Shown here: piece after piece, positions 54,900-63,539 of the stretch
Position numbering within the stretch: position 1 is the stretch's first letter
How the letters are laid out: the number at the start of each line of letters is the position of its first letter
Assembly: GCA_017937845.1 (NCBI GenBank)
Contig: JAGBCV010000018.1
Coordinates: 23,503-87,502, forward strand
Source of the DNA: Clostridia bacterium
Lineage (GTDB): Bacteria; Bacillota; Clostridia; Oscillospirales; CAG-272
Reading direction: 5' to 3'
DNA length: 64,000 bases
The notes under the pieces: generated by a model
Told to the model about the DNA's origin: nothing
The model's database searches: none
What the model saw: the letters and a program-made list of their open reading frames with translations, nothing else
Made by a program: the position numbers and the translations under genes

Positions 54900-55526
54900 A
54901 TGAAAGGGCTATTGTTAAAAGATTGGTATATGACCAAAAAATATTGCAGATATTATCTTTTTGTCGGAATAGGCTTCATCATTCTTTCTTTTATGAGCAA
55001 AGGGAATATGTTTTTCATTTTCTACCCTTGTTTGCTCTGCGGTATGATCCCCGTTCACCTGCTTGGATATGATGAACGCAGCCGCTTTACGGAATATGTC
55101 GGCACATTGCCATATACAAAAATACAAATCGTATCTGCAAAATATTTGATAGGTTTATTCATACAAATTGCTATGCTGACGGTTATTTGCATCACGCAGG
55201 GCGTTAAAATGAGTATCGAAGGCAATTTCGTTTTGAAAGAGTTTCTGGTGCTTATGATGCTTTTGCTGATCATGGCGAGCGTTGCCTCGTCGCTGACGCT
55301 TCCGTTTGTTTTCAAATATGGGGTGGAAAAAGGGCGCGGTGCTTACTATGTGATGATAGGCGTGGTGTGTGCGGGAAGCATCATCGCAACTACGATCTTT
55401 AAGAACGGTATGCAAAATGAAATGCAACTGAACGGCGTTTTGCCCATTGCTTGTCTTATAGGCGTTGGCATATATGTTCTTTCTTGGTATTTATCCATTG
55501 TCTTTTATAAAAAGAAAGAAATATAG
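54900..55526 (+). CDS. ABC-2 type transporter permease
   Basis: 208 aa with about 6 TM segments. Ends with a TAG stop. Confidence 0.75.
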   Translation: MKGLLLKDWYMTKKYCRYYLFVGIGFIILSFMSKGNMFFIFYPCLLCGMIPVHLLGYDERSRFTEYVGTLPYTKIQIVSAKYLIGLFIQIAMLTVICITQGVKMSIEGNFVLKEFLVLMMLLLIMASVASSLTLPFVFKYGVEKGRGAYYVMIGVVCAGSIIATTIFKNGMQNEMQLNGVLPIACLIGVGIYVLSWYLSIVFYKKKEI

Positions 55527-55599
55527 TAACCGGCTTTCTTTTGGGATATGCCCCCAAGAACCGACATCTTTGTCAGCAAAGGCGTTTGGGAGAAAATGA

Positions 55600-55628
55600 T
55601 TGACAGAGGAGAAAAACAGAGATATAAT
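55600..55628 (+). promoter_or_regulatory. perfect consensus sigma-A promoter
   Basis: TTGACA (55600-55605), 17 nt, TATAAT (55623-55628). The track's ORF start at 55600 is the -35 box itself. Confidence 0.8.
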
Positions 55629-55683
55629 AAAAGCAACCCATAAGGATATACGTATATTTTTAGAAACCGAAAGGAGTCCTCTC

Positions 55684-57450
55684 ATGATTCTTGCGCGAAA
55701 CAGAACCCCCTTTGTTTCCATTTTCTTGTCGTCGGAGCAATTATCCGACAAAAACAGTACGGCGCTCTATGCGGCAAAGGAGTTGCGCTATTATCTTGAC
55801 CGCATGACCTCTGCCTCCTTCCGGATCGAGGAAGGCAAAGACCGTACCCCCGGTATCTATATCGGAGATATTGCCGATATCGATACCGCTGACCTTGGTG
55901 AAGATGGCTTTCGCATCGTGACGAGCCGCGAACGTCTTTGCATCGTTGGCGGAAATCGCGGCGTCATTTATGGCGTTTATGAGTTTTTGGAATCTCTCGG
56001 ATGCCGTTTCTTTACGCATAACTGCGAGAAGATTCCAACGATCCCCGACCTTTCTGTCGGTGAGTATGACGTCAGACAGGTTCCTTGCATCGAATACCGT
56101 GAGCATAACTACGCCGATGCTGTGCAAAATCCCCGTTTTTCGGTTCGTTGCCGATTCAATGGCTCTCATCATCGTATTCCGGCGCGTATGGGTGGATATA
56201 TGCCGTATGCGTGGTTTGTCCATACCTTTGAAAAAATGGTGCCGACGGCTGTTTACGGGGAAAGCCATCCCGAATATTATTCCCTTGTCAACGGAAAGCG
56301 CATCGTTCGCAGCGGAGGCAGAACACAGCTTTGTCTGACCAATCCCGACGTATATAAGATCTGCGTTGCCGCCGTCAGAAAGGCTCTGACTGAGCACCCC
56401 GAGGCGCGCATCATCTCGATTTCCCAAAACGATTGGCATGATCATTGCCAATGCGAAAGCTGTCTTGCTGTTGACCGCGAGGAGGGTTCTCCCGCAGGTA
56501 CGCTTTTGCGCTTTGTCAATCGCATCGCAGAGGAATTGGAGGAGGAATTTCCCAACGTCATTTTCGATACGCTTGCCTATAATTATTCCCGTCCCGCGCC
56601 AAAATACGTCAGAAACCGCAAGAATGTGTGCGTGCGTCTTTGCTCAATAGAAGCGTGCTTTGCCCATTCCTTTGAGACCTGCGACGATGAGAGTCGAAAT
56701 GTCACCCGTCCCGACGGCACCAAGGCGAGCTTTATCACCGATCTTTGCGATTGGGGAAGAATTTGCGACCGTATGTATATTTGGGATTATACGACCTGCT
56801 TTGCACATTATCCGACACCGCATCCGAACTGGCGCGTGCTTCAGCCGAATATACAAGCGATGGTGAAAAACCACGTGCGCGGTATTTTTGAGCAGGCGAA
56901 CGGTGCCTCTCGCGGCGGCGTTGACTTCAACGAGCTTCGCTTGTATCTGATCTCCAAGCTGCTTTGGGATCCGTTCTGCGACGTTGAGAAGCATAAGCGT
57001 GAATTTATGGAATATTTCTATGGCGATGCCGCGCCCGCGCTGATGGAATATCTGGAGCTGCTTTGTGATACGGTGGAAAAAGAAAATATCCATATCGGCT
57101 TCAACGATGCACCCGTGCATGGATTTCTCCGCGAGGAACTTTTGGATCGATATGACGCGCTGTTTGACCGCGCAGCGGAGGCTGTCAAGGGCGATCCGCT
57201 TCGCCTGTGGCGCGTAGAAAAGAACCGTCTTTCCATTCGTTATGTGCGTATCAAACGTGCGGCGATGCTTCGCGGTGAATACGATCCCGAAACGATCAAT
57301 CAATTTTTTGCCGATTGGCGCGCGTATAATCTTTCCCGTCTGGATGAATGGGCAAATATTGAAACGTCGCACAGAGCCTTTATTGAGGGCAAATGGCGCG
57401 GCGTTGAATATTTCGAGCATTGGACGGGAGAAGAACAGGAGCTTTTCTGA
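55684..57450 (+). CDS. DUF4838-like glycosidase-associated protein
   Basis: The ATG at 55684 follows AAAGGAG. GFRIVTSRERLCIVGGNRGVIYGVYEFLESLGCRFFT and QNDWHDHCQCESC motifs. Confidence 0.65.
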   Translation: MILARNRTPFVSIFLSSEQLSDKNSTALYAAKELRYYLDRMTSASFRIEEGKDRTPGIYIGDIADIDTADLGEDGFRIVTSRERLCIVGGNRGVIYGVYEFLESLGCRFFTHNCEKIPTIPDLSVGEYDVRQVPCIEYREHNYADAVQNPRFSVRCRFNGSHHRIPARMGGYMPYAWFVHTFEKMVPTAVYGESHPEYYSLVNGKRIVRSGGRTQLCLTNPDVYKICVAAVRKALTEHPEARIISISQNDWHDHCQCESCLAVDREEGSPAGTLLRFVNRIAEELEEEFPNVIFDTLAYNYSRPAPKYVRNRKNVCVRLCSIEACFAHSFETCDDESRNVTRPDGTKASFITDLCDWGRICDRMYIWDYTTCFAHYPTPHPNWRVLQPNIQAMVKNHVRGIFEQANGASRGGVDFNELRLYLISKLLWDPFCDVEKHKREFMEYFYGDAAPALMEYLELLCDTVEKENIHIGFNDAPVHGFLREELLDRYDALFDRAAEAVKGDPLRLWRVEKNRLSIRYVRIKRAAMLRGEYDPETINQFFADWRAYNLSRLDEWANIETSHRAFIEGKWRGVEYFEHWTGEEQELF

Positions 57451-57465
57451 GTTTGTTATAAAAAT

Positions 57466-57504
57466 GGCTGTCCCAAATGCGGTGTTTTCGCATTTGGGAC
57501 AGCC
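57466..57504. terminator. bidirectional terminator
   Basis: 16-bp stem GGCTGTCCCAAATGCG / CGCATTTGGGACAGCC. Confidence 0.85.
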
Positions 57505-57526
57505 TGTTTATATGGAAAAGCAGCTG

Positions 57527-58657
57527 TTATTGATCGATTCGGATACGCACACCGTTTACTTCAACGGAATCGTCTGCGCGAATGAGAATGTATTTCACGC
57601 CGTCGATGACCTTCGTGCGAACGAGATCGGTGCGGTCGGGGTTTACCTTGATGGAAACGTCCGTCATTTTGACCTCGAAATTTTTATCGATGAGATTGGA
57701 CGGATGGATCTCCACCTTTTCGCCAAATTCTTCGTCGAAGCGCGCGTCGAATGCGTTCAGATGCTCTTCGGAAACACCGCAAGCGGTCAAAGCACCCTTG
57801 ACGACCTCCTTATCGATGACCAGTGTTTCCGCTTTTTTTGCTTCCTTGTGCTCGTCGATGAGAGAGCGGAGCTCATTTTGTACGGATTTGACGACGTTCA
57901 TATTACATTCCGCGTCCATCGTTTCAGTCAAAAGGGATTCAAAGGTTTCTTTTTGCACCGCGGCGGGCATCGGCGTTTCTTCCTTGCCGAAAAGGTTTGT
58001 GAAAAGCTCGGTGTGGTCGTCCTTGGTATCTCTCGTATAAAAGAGCGTTTTGTAAATGTTGGCGGTTCTGTCGTCAAAGGTCGGGAACATGAAGCCGAGC
58101 GAGGGTGGCGCGATGACGTAATCGGGACGGATGTTGCAGAATTTATTTTCATGCGCGTGGAAGCCGAGTGCGTTTTTCGTCAGCTTGACGGGACAGATGG
58201 TGCAAAGATAATACGAAAAGATCTCCGTGGAATCCTCCTCCTCGTCGTCATTTTTGGAGAAGGACGGTACGTCGTAGCGGTCGCTTGCCAGTAAGATCAG
58301 ATACGCCGTATCCATTTTGAGAGAGGAGCGTATCTTTTCATAAAGCTCCTTGACGAGTGCATCATCGGAAAGCGCGCTTTTGCGAAGCTCCATGAGTGCT
58401 TTGTGGTGGGGCGATTCCAAAACCTCGTGTGTGGAAAATTCAATGTCGATGAGATTTTTGCCGATCGACCCGGAGAGCGTCTTTTTGAGAATGGTGAGAA
58501 GCTCCTCTGCCTGCTCCTGCGGCATGAGCCCCAGCGATTCGTAAAATTCGGAGATGATCTCTCCGCTTTCATTTATGTAACATCCGCGAACCTTTGTGAT
58601 ATTGGTCTTATCGTAACGGAAACGGCGGCGGATCTCGGAAATTTCTTTTTCAATCAT
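57527..58657 (-). CDS. conserved hypothetical protein (DUF4317-like)
   Basis: 376 aa, MIEKEISEIRRRFRYDKTNITKVRGCYINESGEIISEF... The family name is from memory. Confidence 0.6.
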   Translation of the reverse strand: MIEKEISEIRRRFRYDKTNITKVRGCYINESGEIISEFYESLGLMPQEQAEELLTILKKTLSGSIGKNLIDIEFSTHEVLESPHHKALMELRKSALSDDALVKELYEKIRSSLKMDTAYLILLASDRYDVPSFSKNDDEEEDSTEIFSYYLCTICPVKLTKNALGFHAHENKFCNIRPDYVIAPPSLGFMFPTFDDRTANIYKTLFYTRDTKDDHTELFTNLFGKEETPMPAAVQKETFESLLTETMDAECNMNVVKSVQNELRSLIDEHKEAKKAETLVIDKEVVKGALTACGVSEEHLNAFDARFDEEFGEKVEIHPSNLIDKNFEVKMTDVSIKVNPDRTDLVRTKVIDGVKYILIRADDSVEVNGVRIRIDQ

Positions 58658-58757
58658 ATCGGTATGACCTCCGTGTTCAAATGTTTTGCTGTCATTATAT
58701 CATTTTTCGCGGAATTTGTAAAGAGAAGAATGAGGAAAAAAGATGGATCGTTCGATG

Positions 58758-58786
58758 TTGACAAGGGTGTTCAAATGATATATAAT
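58758..58786 (+). promoter_or_regulatory. perfect consensus sigma-A promoter with a ~240-nt leader
   Basis: TTGACA (58758-58763), 17 nt, TATAAT (58781-58786). Confidence 0.75.
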
Positions 58787-58864
58787 AAATTCAACAATAG
58801 ACTTATCGATACGCCTAAAATGGCTTGCTATGTCCGCGAGATCCATTCGACTACACACCGCCTC

Positions 58865-58956
58865 GTCATTCTGAGCGAAGGGCGAAGCCCGAAGTCGAAA
58901 TTTTGCGAAAGCAAAATCGCGTAGCGGAATCAGAGCGGTGTTCCGCTCAGGATGAC
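58865..58956 (+). repeat. structured inverted-repeat element in the 5' UTR
   Basis: 13-bp outer helix GTCATTCTGAGCG / CGCTCAGGATGAC, containing one T-G wobble that pairs only on the plus strand. It encloses hairpins GGGC gaa GCCC and ATTTTGC gaaa GCAAAAT. Confidence 0.5.
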
Positions 58957-59032
58957 CGCGCGGAGATACTCAGAGCCTAAGGCTTGCGAACAAGTCCAAT
59001 AAAAAATATGCAAAAAAAGGAGACCTTTTTTT

Positions 59033-60331
59033 ATGAAAAAGCTTTCTGTTATCATCATCGGCGCGGGTGGCAGAGGTCGCACCTATTGCCGTAATATGCA
59101 CGCGATGCCCGATAAGTATGAAGTCGTCGGCGTTGCAGAGCCTGTCGAGGTCAAGCGAAACGAGATCCGTGATATGTGCGGGCTTCCCGAGGAAAACTGC
59201 TTTGCCGATTGGCGCGAGATTTTGGCAAGACCCAAAATGGCGGATATCGCCGTGATCGCAACGATGGATTCGATGCATTATGAGCCCGCCATGAAAGCCA
59301 TTTCGCTCGGCTACCATCTTTTGCTGGAAAAGCCTGTTGCGCCGACGGCAAAGGAATGCTTGGAGATCGCCAAGGCAGCAGAGGAAAAGGGCGTTTCGGT
59401 TATCGTTTGCCATGTTTTGCGATATACCCCCTTTTATAAAACACTCAAATCCATCGTGGATAGCGGCATGATTGGCAAGGTGATGTCTGTGGAACAGATA
59501 GAGGGCGTCGGCGATATTCATTTTTCGCATAGCTTCGTGCGCGGTCTTTGGCATTCGGAAAAGGAGACCTCGCCCATGGTCATTGCCAAGACCTGTCATG
59601 ACCTGGATATCATTCAGTGGTTGATCGGAAAATCTTGCAAAAAGGTATCGTCTTTCGGCGAGCTGACGTATTTCAGAGAAGAAAACGCGCCTGAGGGCTC
59701 ACCGCGCCGTTGCGTGGACGGCACATGCCCCGAAAAGGATACCTGCCCTTATAATGCGTATGCGCTTTATATCGAAAATAAGGATGGACTCTGGTGGAAA
59801 AAGGGCTTTTCCCATATTGTTGCGACCCACGAAAATTTCACCGACGAGGAGCTTTTGGAAAAGCTCAAGGAGACCGACTGGGGTCTTTGCGTGTTCCATG
59901 CCAATAACGATATGCCCGACCATCAGATCGTCAATATGGAATTTGAGGGCGGCGTAAACGCGACGCTGAATCTCAATGCCTTCAACGAGGGCGGACGCTA
60001 TACGCGCATCTTCGGCACCAAGGGTGAGGTGTATGCGTTTATGTCGGATGAGAATATCCATATCCATACGTTTGCGGATAAAAAGGACCATATCGTATCG
60101 GTGAAGGAAACGGAGGAGACCATCGCGGGCGGTCATGGCGGCGGTGACGTTGGTATCGTATACGACCTTTACGAGTATCTTTGCGGTATCTATCAAGGCG
60201 TATCCGTTGCGGATATCGGCGTGTCCGTTTCCAACCATCTGATCGGCTTTGCGGCGGAGGAAGCAAGACACGGAGACACCGTCGTTTCCTTGGATACGTT
60301 CCGCGAGAAGCTTTCCTGCCAAAATGATTAA
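59033..60331 (+). CDS. Gfo/Idh/MocA-family oxidoreductase
   Basis: N-terminal Rossmann fold LSVIIIGAGGRGRTY and an EKP motif (LLLEKPVAPT). Confidence 0.85.
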   Translation: MKKLSVIIIGAGGRGRTYCRNMHAMPDKYEVVGVAEPVEVKRNEIRDMCGLPEENCFADWREILARPKMADIAVIATMDSMHYEPAMKAISLGYHLLLEKPVAPTAKECLEIAKAAEEKGVSVIVCHVLRYTPFYKTLKSIVDSGMIGKVMSVEQIEGVGDIHFSHSFVRGLWHSEKETSPMVIAKTCHDLDIIQWLIGKSCKKVSSFGELTYFREENAPEGSPRRCVDGTCPEKDTCPYNAYALYIENKDGLWWKKGFSHIVATHENFTDEELLEKLKETDWGLCVFHANNDMPDHQIVNMEFEGGVNATLNLNAFNEGGRYTRIFGTKGEVYAFMSDENIHIHTFADKKDHIVSVKETEETIAGGHGGGDVGIVYDLYEYLCGIYQGVSVADIGVSVSNHLIGFAAEEARHGDTVVSLDTFREKLSCQND

Positions 60332-60498
60332 AAATTTGAAAATATCTTGCAATTTCACTGGATTACCTGTGATTTTCTATTGAAATTGTCGGAAAAAAAT
60401 GCTATACTATATAGGTAATAATGGGGTATGACATGCCCATATATTTAGTTGCAAAAATCGGCAGTGGCAAAACACTGTCGCACAAGGAGGTTTATTCA

Positions 60499-61251
60499 AT
60501 GAATACCATTGCAGTCAGAACAGGTAAAGTCGTATATGTGAACGATGACACTCTGATCAAAGTTTTCGATGAAAAAAATTGGTCGAAATCTGAAATTTTG
60601 AACGAAGCCCTGAACCAAGCGAGAATCGAAGAGACCGGTCTTCATATCCCGAAGATCCGCGAGGTCGGAACCGTAGACGGAAAATGGGCGCTCATGATGG
60701 AATACATCGAAGGTACGTCGCTTGCAGATCTTATGCGTCAGAACCCCGAAAAGTTCGACGAATATCTTGAGCTTTTCGTTTCCTTGCAGATGGAGATCCA
60801 CACCAAAAAGGCACCGCTTTTGACAACACTCAAGGATAAAATGACCAGAAAGATCTCTCAGGCAGAGCTCAATGCGACCGTTCGTTATGACCTTCAGCTC
60901 AAGCTCCGCGAGCTCGGTATCACAAGCGTCGTTTGCCATTGTGACTTCAAGCCCGAAAACGTCCTCATCACCGCGGACGGCACCCCCTACATTCTCGACT
61001 GGTCCCACACGAACCAGGGCAATCCCAACGTGGATGCAGCCATTACTTATATCCTCTTTAACCTCGACGGCAAGCATGAGGAAGCAGAAAAATATCTCGC
61101 TCTTTACTGCGAAAAGACCGGCGTAGAGAAGAACCTCGTTTTGAAATGGGTTCCCGTAACCGCGGCTTCCCGTTCCACCAGATGCCATGGCGAAGAAAAA
61201 GCAAAGCTTCTTGAAATGGCAAAATCCGTTGAATATTTGAATATCGCGTAA
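60499..61251 (+). CDS. phosphotransferase-family kinase (APH/choline-kinase-like)
   Basis: The ATG at 60499 follows AGGAGG. Catalytic loop CHCDFKPENVLI and DWSH. Confidence 0.7.
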   Translation: MNTIAVRTGKVVYVNDDTLIKVFDEKNWSKSEILNEALNQARIEETGLHIPKIREVGTVDGKWALMMEYIEGTSLADLMRQNPEKFDEYLELFVSLQMEIHTKKAPLLTTLKDKMTRKISQAELNATVRYDLQLKLRELGITSVVCHCDFKPENVLITADGTPYILDWSHTNQGNPNVDAAITYILFNLDGKHEEAEKYLALYCEKTGVEKNLVLKWVPVTAASRSTRCHGEEKAKLLEMAKSVEYLNIA

Positions 61252-61301
61252 TCACATCATTTTATTTTATATAAGGGTAATCGAAAGGATATTTGATTGT
61301 T

Positions 61302-61547
61302 ATGAAATTGAGAGTTACTGTTTGTATCGGTAGTTCCTGCCATTTGAAGGGCTCCCGTCAGGTTGTGGAGGAGCTCCGCAATATCATCGAGGACAACTGC
61401 CTTGAGGACAAGGTAGAGATCGCAGGTACGTTCTGCCTTGGTCAGTGCCAGAAGGGCGTTTGCGTGACCATCGGCGATGAATTTTACTCCGTATCTCCCG
61501 ACACGGTCGAAGAATTTTTCAAAAACGAAATTCAGACCAGAATCTGA
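61302..61547 (+). CDS. thioredoxin-like [2Fe-2S] ferredoxin, copy 1
   Basis: CIGSSC ... CLGQC (C-X4-C ... C-X3-C). Confidence 0.7.
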   Translation: MKLRVTVCIGSSCHLKGSRQVVEELRNIIEDNCLEDKVEIAGTFCLGQCQKGVCVTIGDEFYSVSPDTVEEFFKNEIQTRI

Positions 61548-61601
61548 TTTGGATGCTTTGGCATCGCTTGCGAAAAATAAAGAACGAAGGGAAGAGAAAA
61601 C

Positions 61602-61853
61602 GTGATCGTTCAGATTTGTGTCGGAAGTTCGTGTCATTTGAAGGGCTCTCATGAAATCGTGGAGCTGATGAAAAACGCGGTGGAAGACTACGCTTTGGAA
61701 GATGAAGTTGTGCTTGCCGGCTGTTTCTGTACGGGACAATGCAACCGCGAGGGCGTCACCATTCAAGTGGATGACGAGGTCATCACGGGTGTTACGGTGA
61801 AAACATTCGACGCGTTTTTTAAGAAAAATATACTTGAAAGGTTAAAAGGGTAA
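61602..61853 (+). CDS. thioredoxin-like [2Fe-2S] ferredoxin, copy 2
   Basis: GTG start. CVGSSC ... CTGQC. Paralog of 61302..61547. Confidence 0.7.
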   Translation: MIVQICVGSSCHLKGSHEIVELMKNAVEDYALEDEVVLAGCFCTGQCNREGVTIQVDDEVITGVTVKTFDAFFKKNILERLKG

Positions 61854-61865
61854 GAAAACGGTATC

Positions 61866-63539
61866 ATGGCTGAGTTTTTGAAACTGAAAAAGTCCAACTG
61901 CAAAAATTGCTATAAATGTATTCGTCATTGCCCGGTCAAGTCCATTCGCTTTTCGGGTAATCAGGCGCACATCGTGCAAAATGAATGTATTCTTTGCGGC
62001 CGTTGCTTCGTTGTCTGCCCGCAGAATGCAAAACAGATCGCCGACAGCACAGAGGTCGTTCGTACGCTGATGAGCGGACGCTTGCCCGTGATTGCAAGCG
62101 TTGCGCCGTCCTTTGTGGCGAACTACGAAAACGTCGGCATCGAATCCATGCGAAAGGCGCTGCAAAAGATCGGCTTTGCCGATGCGGAGGAAACCGCGAT
62201 CGGCGCCGCCATGGTCAAAAAAGAATATGAAAGAATCCTTTCGGAGGGTACGCAGGACGTTCTCATCTCCTCCTGTTGCCATTCCGTAAACCTGCTCATT
62301 CAGAAGCATTTCCCCGCGGCGCTCCCGTTCCTTGCGGACGTTATGAGCCCGATGCTTGCGCATGCGGCGGATATCAAACGCAGAAATCCAGAAGCCAAGG
62401 TCGTCTTTATCGGTCCTTGCGTTGCGAAAAAGGACGAAGCGGAATATTATGAGGGCGTAGATGCCGTCCTCACCTTTGAGGAGCTTTCCGCGTGGTTTGA
62501 AAGAGAGCATATCGTTCTCGACCAGACTCCCGACGAAAAGGAAGGAGGTCTTTCCAGACTCTTCCCGACAACGGGCGGTATTCTCAAAGCGATGGATTGC
62601 AAGGAGAAGGGCTATACCTACCTTGCCATCGACGGCGTTGAAAACTGTGTCGCGGCGCTCCGCGATATCGAAGCGGGCAAGCTTCATAAGTGCTTCATTG
62701 AAATGTCGGCTTGCGTCGGAAGCTGCGTCGGCGGTCCCGTCATGGAAAAGGCGCGCCATTCCGCCGTACAAGGTACGATCGCGGTATCCAATTACGCGGG
62801 CAGCACCGAATTTGATGTGGAAATGCCGAGTCCCGACGATATGAGAAAAGCCTTTGGCTATTTCGAGCGGGATAACAAGATGCCCAGCGAAGCGGAGATT
62901 CGTGATATCATGCAGAAAATGGGCAAAAATAAGCCCTCTGATGAGCTCAACTGCGGTTCTTGCGGTTATGACACCTGCCGTGAAAAGGCGATCGCCATTT
63001 ACCGCGGCAAGGCGGAGATCTCCATGTGTCTGCCGTATCTCAAGGATCGCGCGGAGAACTTCTCCGACAGCATCATCCAAAATACCCCGAACGGTATTTT
63101 TGTTCTCAACGAAAATCTCGAGGTGCAGCAGATCAACCGCGCCGCACTTCGTATGATGAATATTTCCCGCGAATCGGACGTTCTAGGTGAGCCTGTCGTC
63201 CGCATCCTCGACCCGAAAATCTTTATGGACGTCAAGAGAACGGGCAGAGGCGTTTCGGGTATGCACGTATACCTTGCGGAATACGATCGTTACGTTGACC
63301 AAACGATCATATTTGACAGAGAGACCAGAATTTTGATTTGCATCATGCGCGACGTGACCGAAGAGGAAAGCGAGCGCGAAAAGAAAGAAGAAGTCAACCG
63401 TCAAACAGTGGAAATTGCAGATAAGGTCGTCGAAAAACAAATGAGAATCGTTCAGGAGATCGCATCCTTGCTCGGTGAAACGGCTGCTGAAACGAAGATC
63501 GCCTTGACAAAATTAAAGGAGTCGATTGCAGATGAATAA
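61866..63539 (+). CDS. hydS: sensory-type [FeFe]-hydrogenase-like protein (HydS type) with a C-terminal PAS domain
   Basis: Two ferredoxin motifs (CKNCYKCIRHCP, CILCGRCFVVCP). H-cluster-like motifs SSCCHS, GPCVAKKDE and MSACVGSCVGGP. An extra CGSCGYDTC cluster, then a PAS-like region. Confidence 0.75.
   Translation: MAEFLKLKKSNCKNCYKCIRHCPVKSIRFSGNQAHIVQNECILCGRCFVVCPQNAKQIADSTEVVRTLMSGRLPVIASVAPSFVANYENVGIESMRKALQKIGFADAEETAIGAAMVKKEYERILSEGTQDVLISSCCHSVNLLIQKHFPAALPFLADVMSPMLAHAADIKRRNPEAKVVFIGPCVAKKDEAEYYEGVDAVLTFEELSAWFEREHIVLDQTPDEKEGGLSRLFPTTGGILKAMDCKEKGYTYLAIDGVENCVAALRDIEAGKLHKCFIEMSACVGSCVGGPVMEKARHSAVQGTIAVSNYAGSTEFDVEMPSPDDMRKAFGYFERDNKMPSEAEIRDIMQKMGKNKPSDELNCGSCGYDTCREKAIAIYRGKAEISMCLPYLKDRAENFSDSIIQNTPNGIFVLNENLEVQQINRAALRMMNISRESDVLGEPVVRILDPKIFMDVKRTGRGVSGMHVYLAEYDRYVDQTIIFDRETRILICIMRDVTEEESEREKKEEVNRQTVEIADKVVEKQMRIVQEIASLLGETAAETKIALTKLKESIADE

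Noticed and set aside
55600-55683. Track start codon (TTG at 55600) for the DUF4838-like gene
   Set aside because: The TTG is the first three bases of a perfect TTGACA -35 box (TTGACA-17-TATAAT). The ATG at 55684, with an AAAGGAG RBS, is the credible start. N-terminal extensions were similarly trimmed at 2527, 11247, 12445, 17327, 27852, 30197, 34832, 37485, 46542, 46856, 53287 and 60421.
61842-63080. 412-aa minus-strand ORF
   Set aside because: It is antisense to the HydS-type gene. The same reasoning rejects other shadow ORFs: 26881..27846, 29022..30191, 45222..46190, 49121..50131, 33325..34500, 35356..36345, 47834..48871, 39818..40999, 14605..15636, 15760..16563, 57242..58294, 58970..59599, 59699..60358 and 60496..61188.
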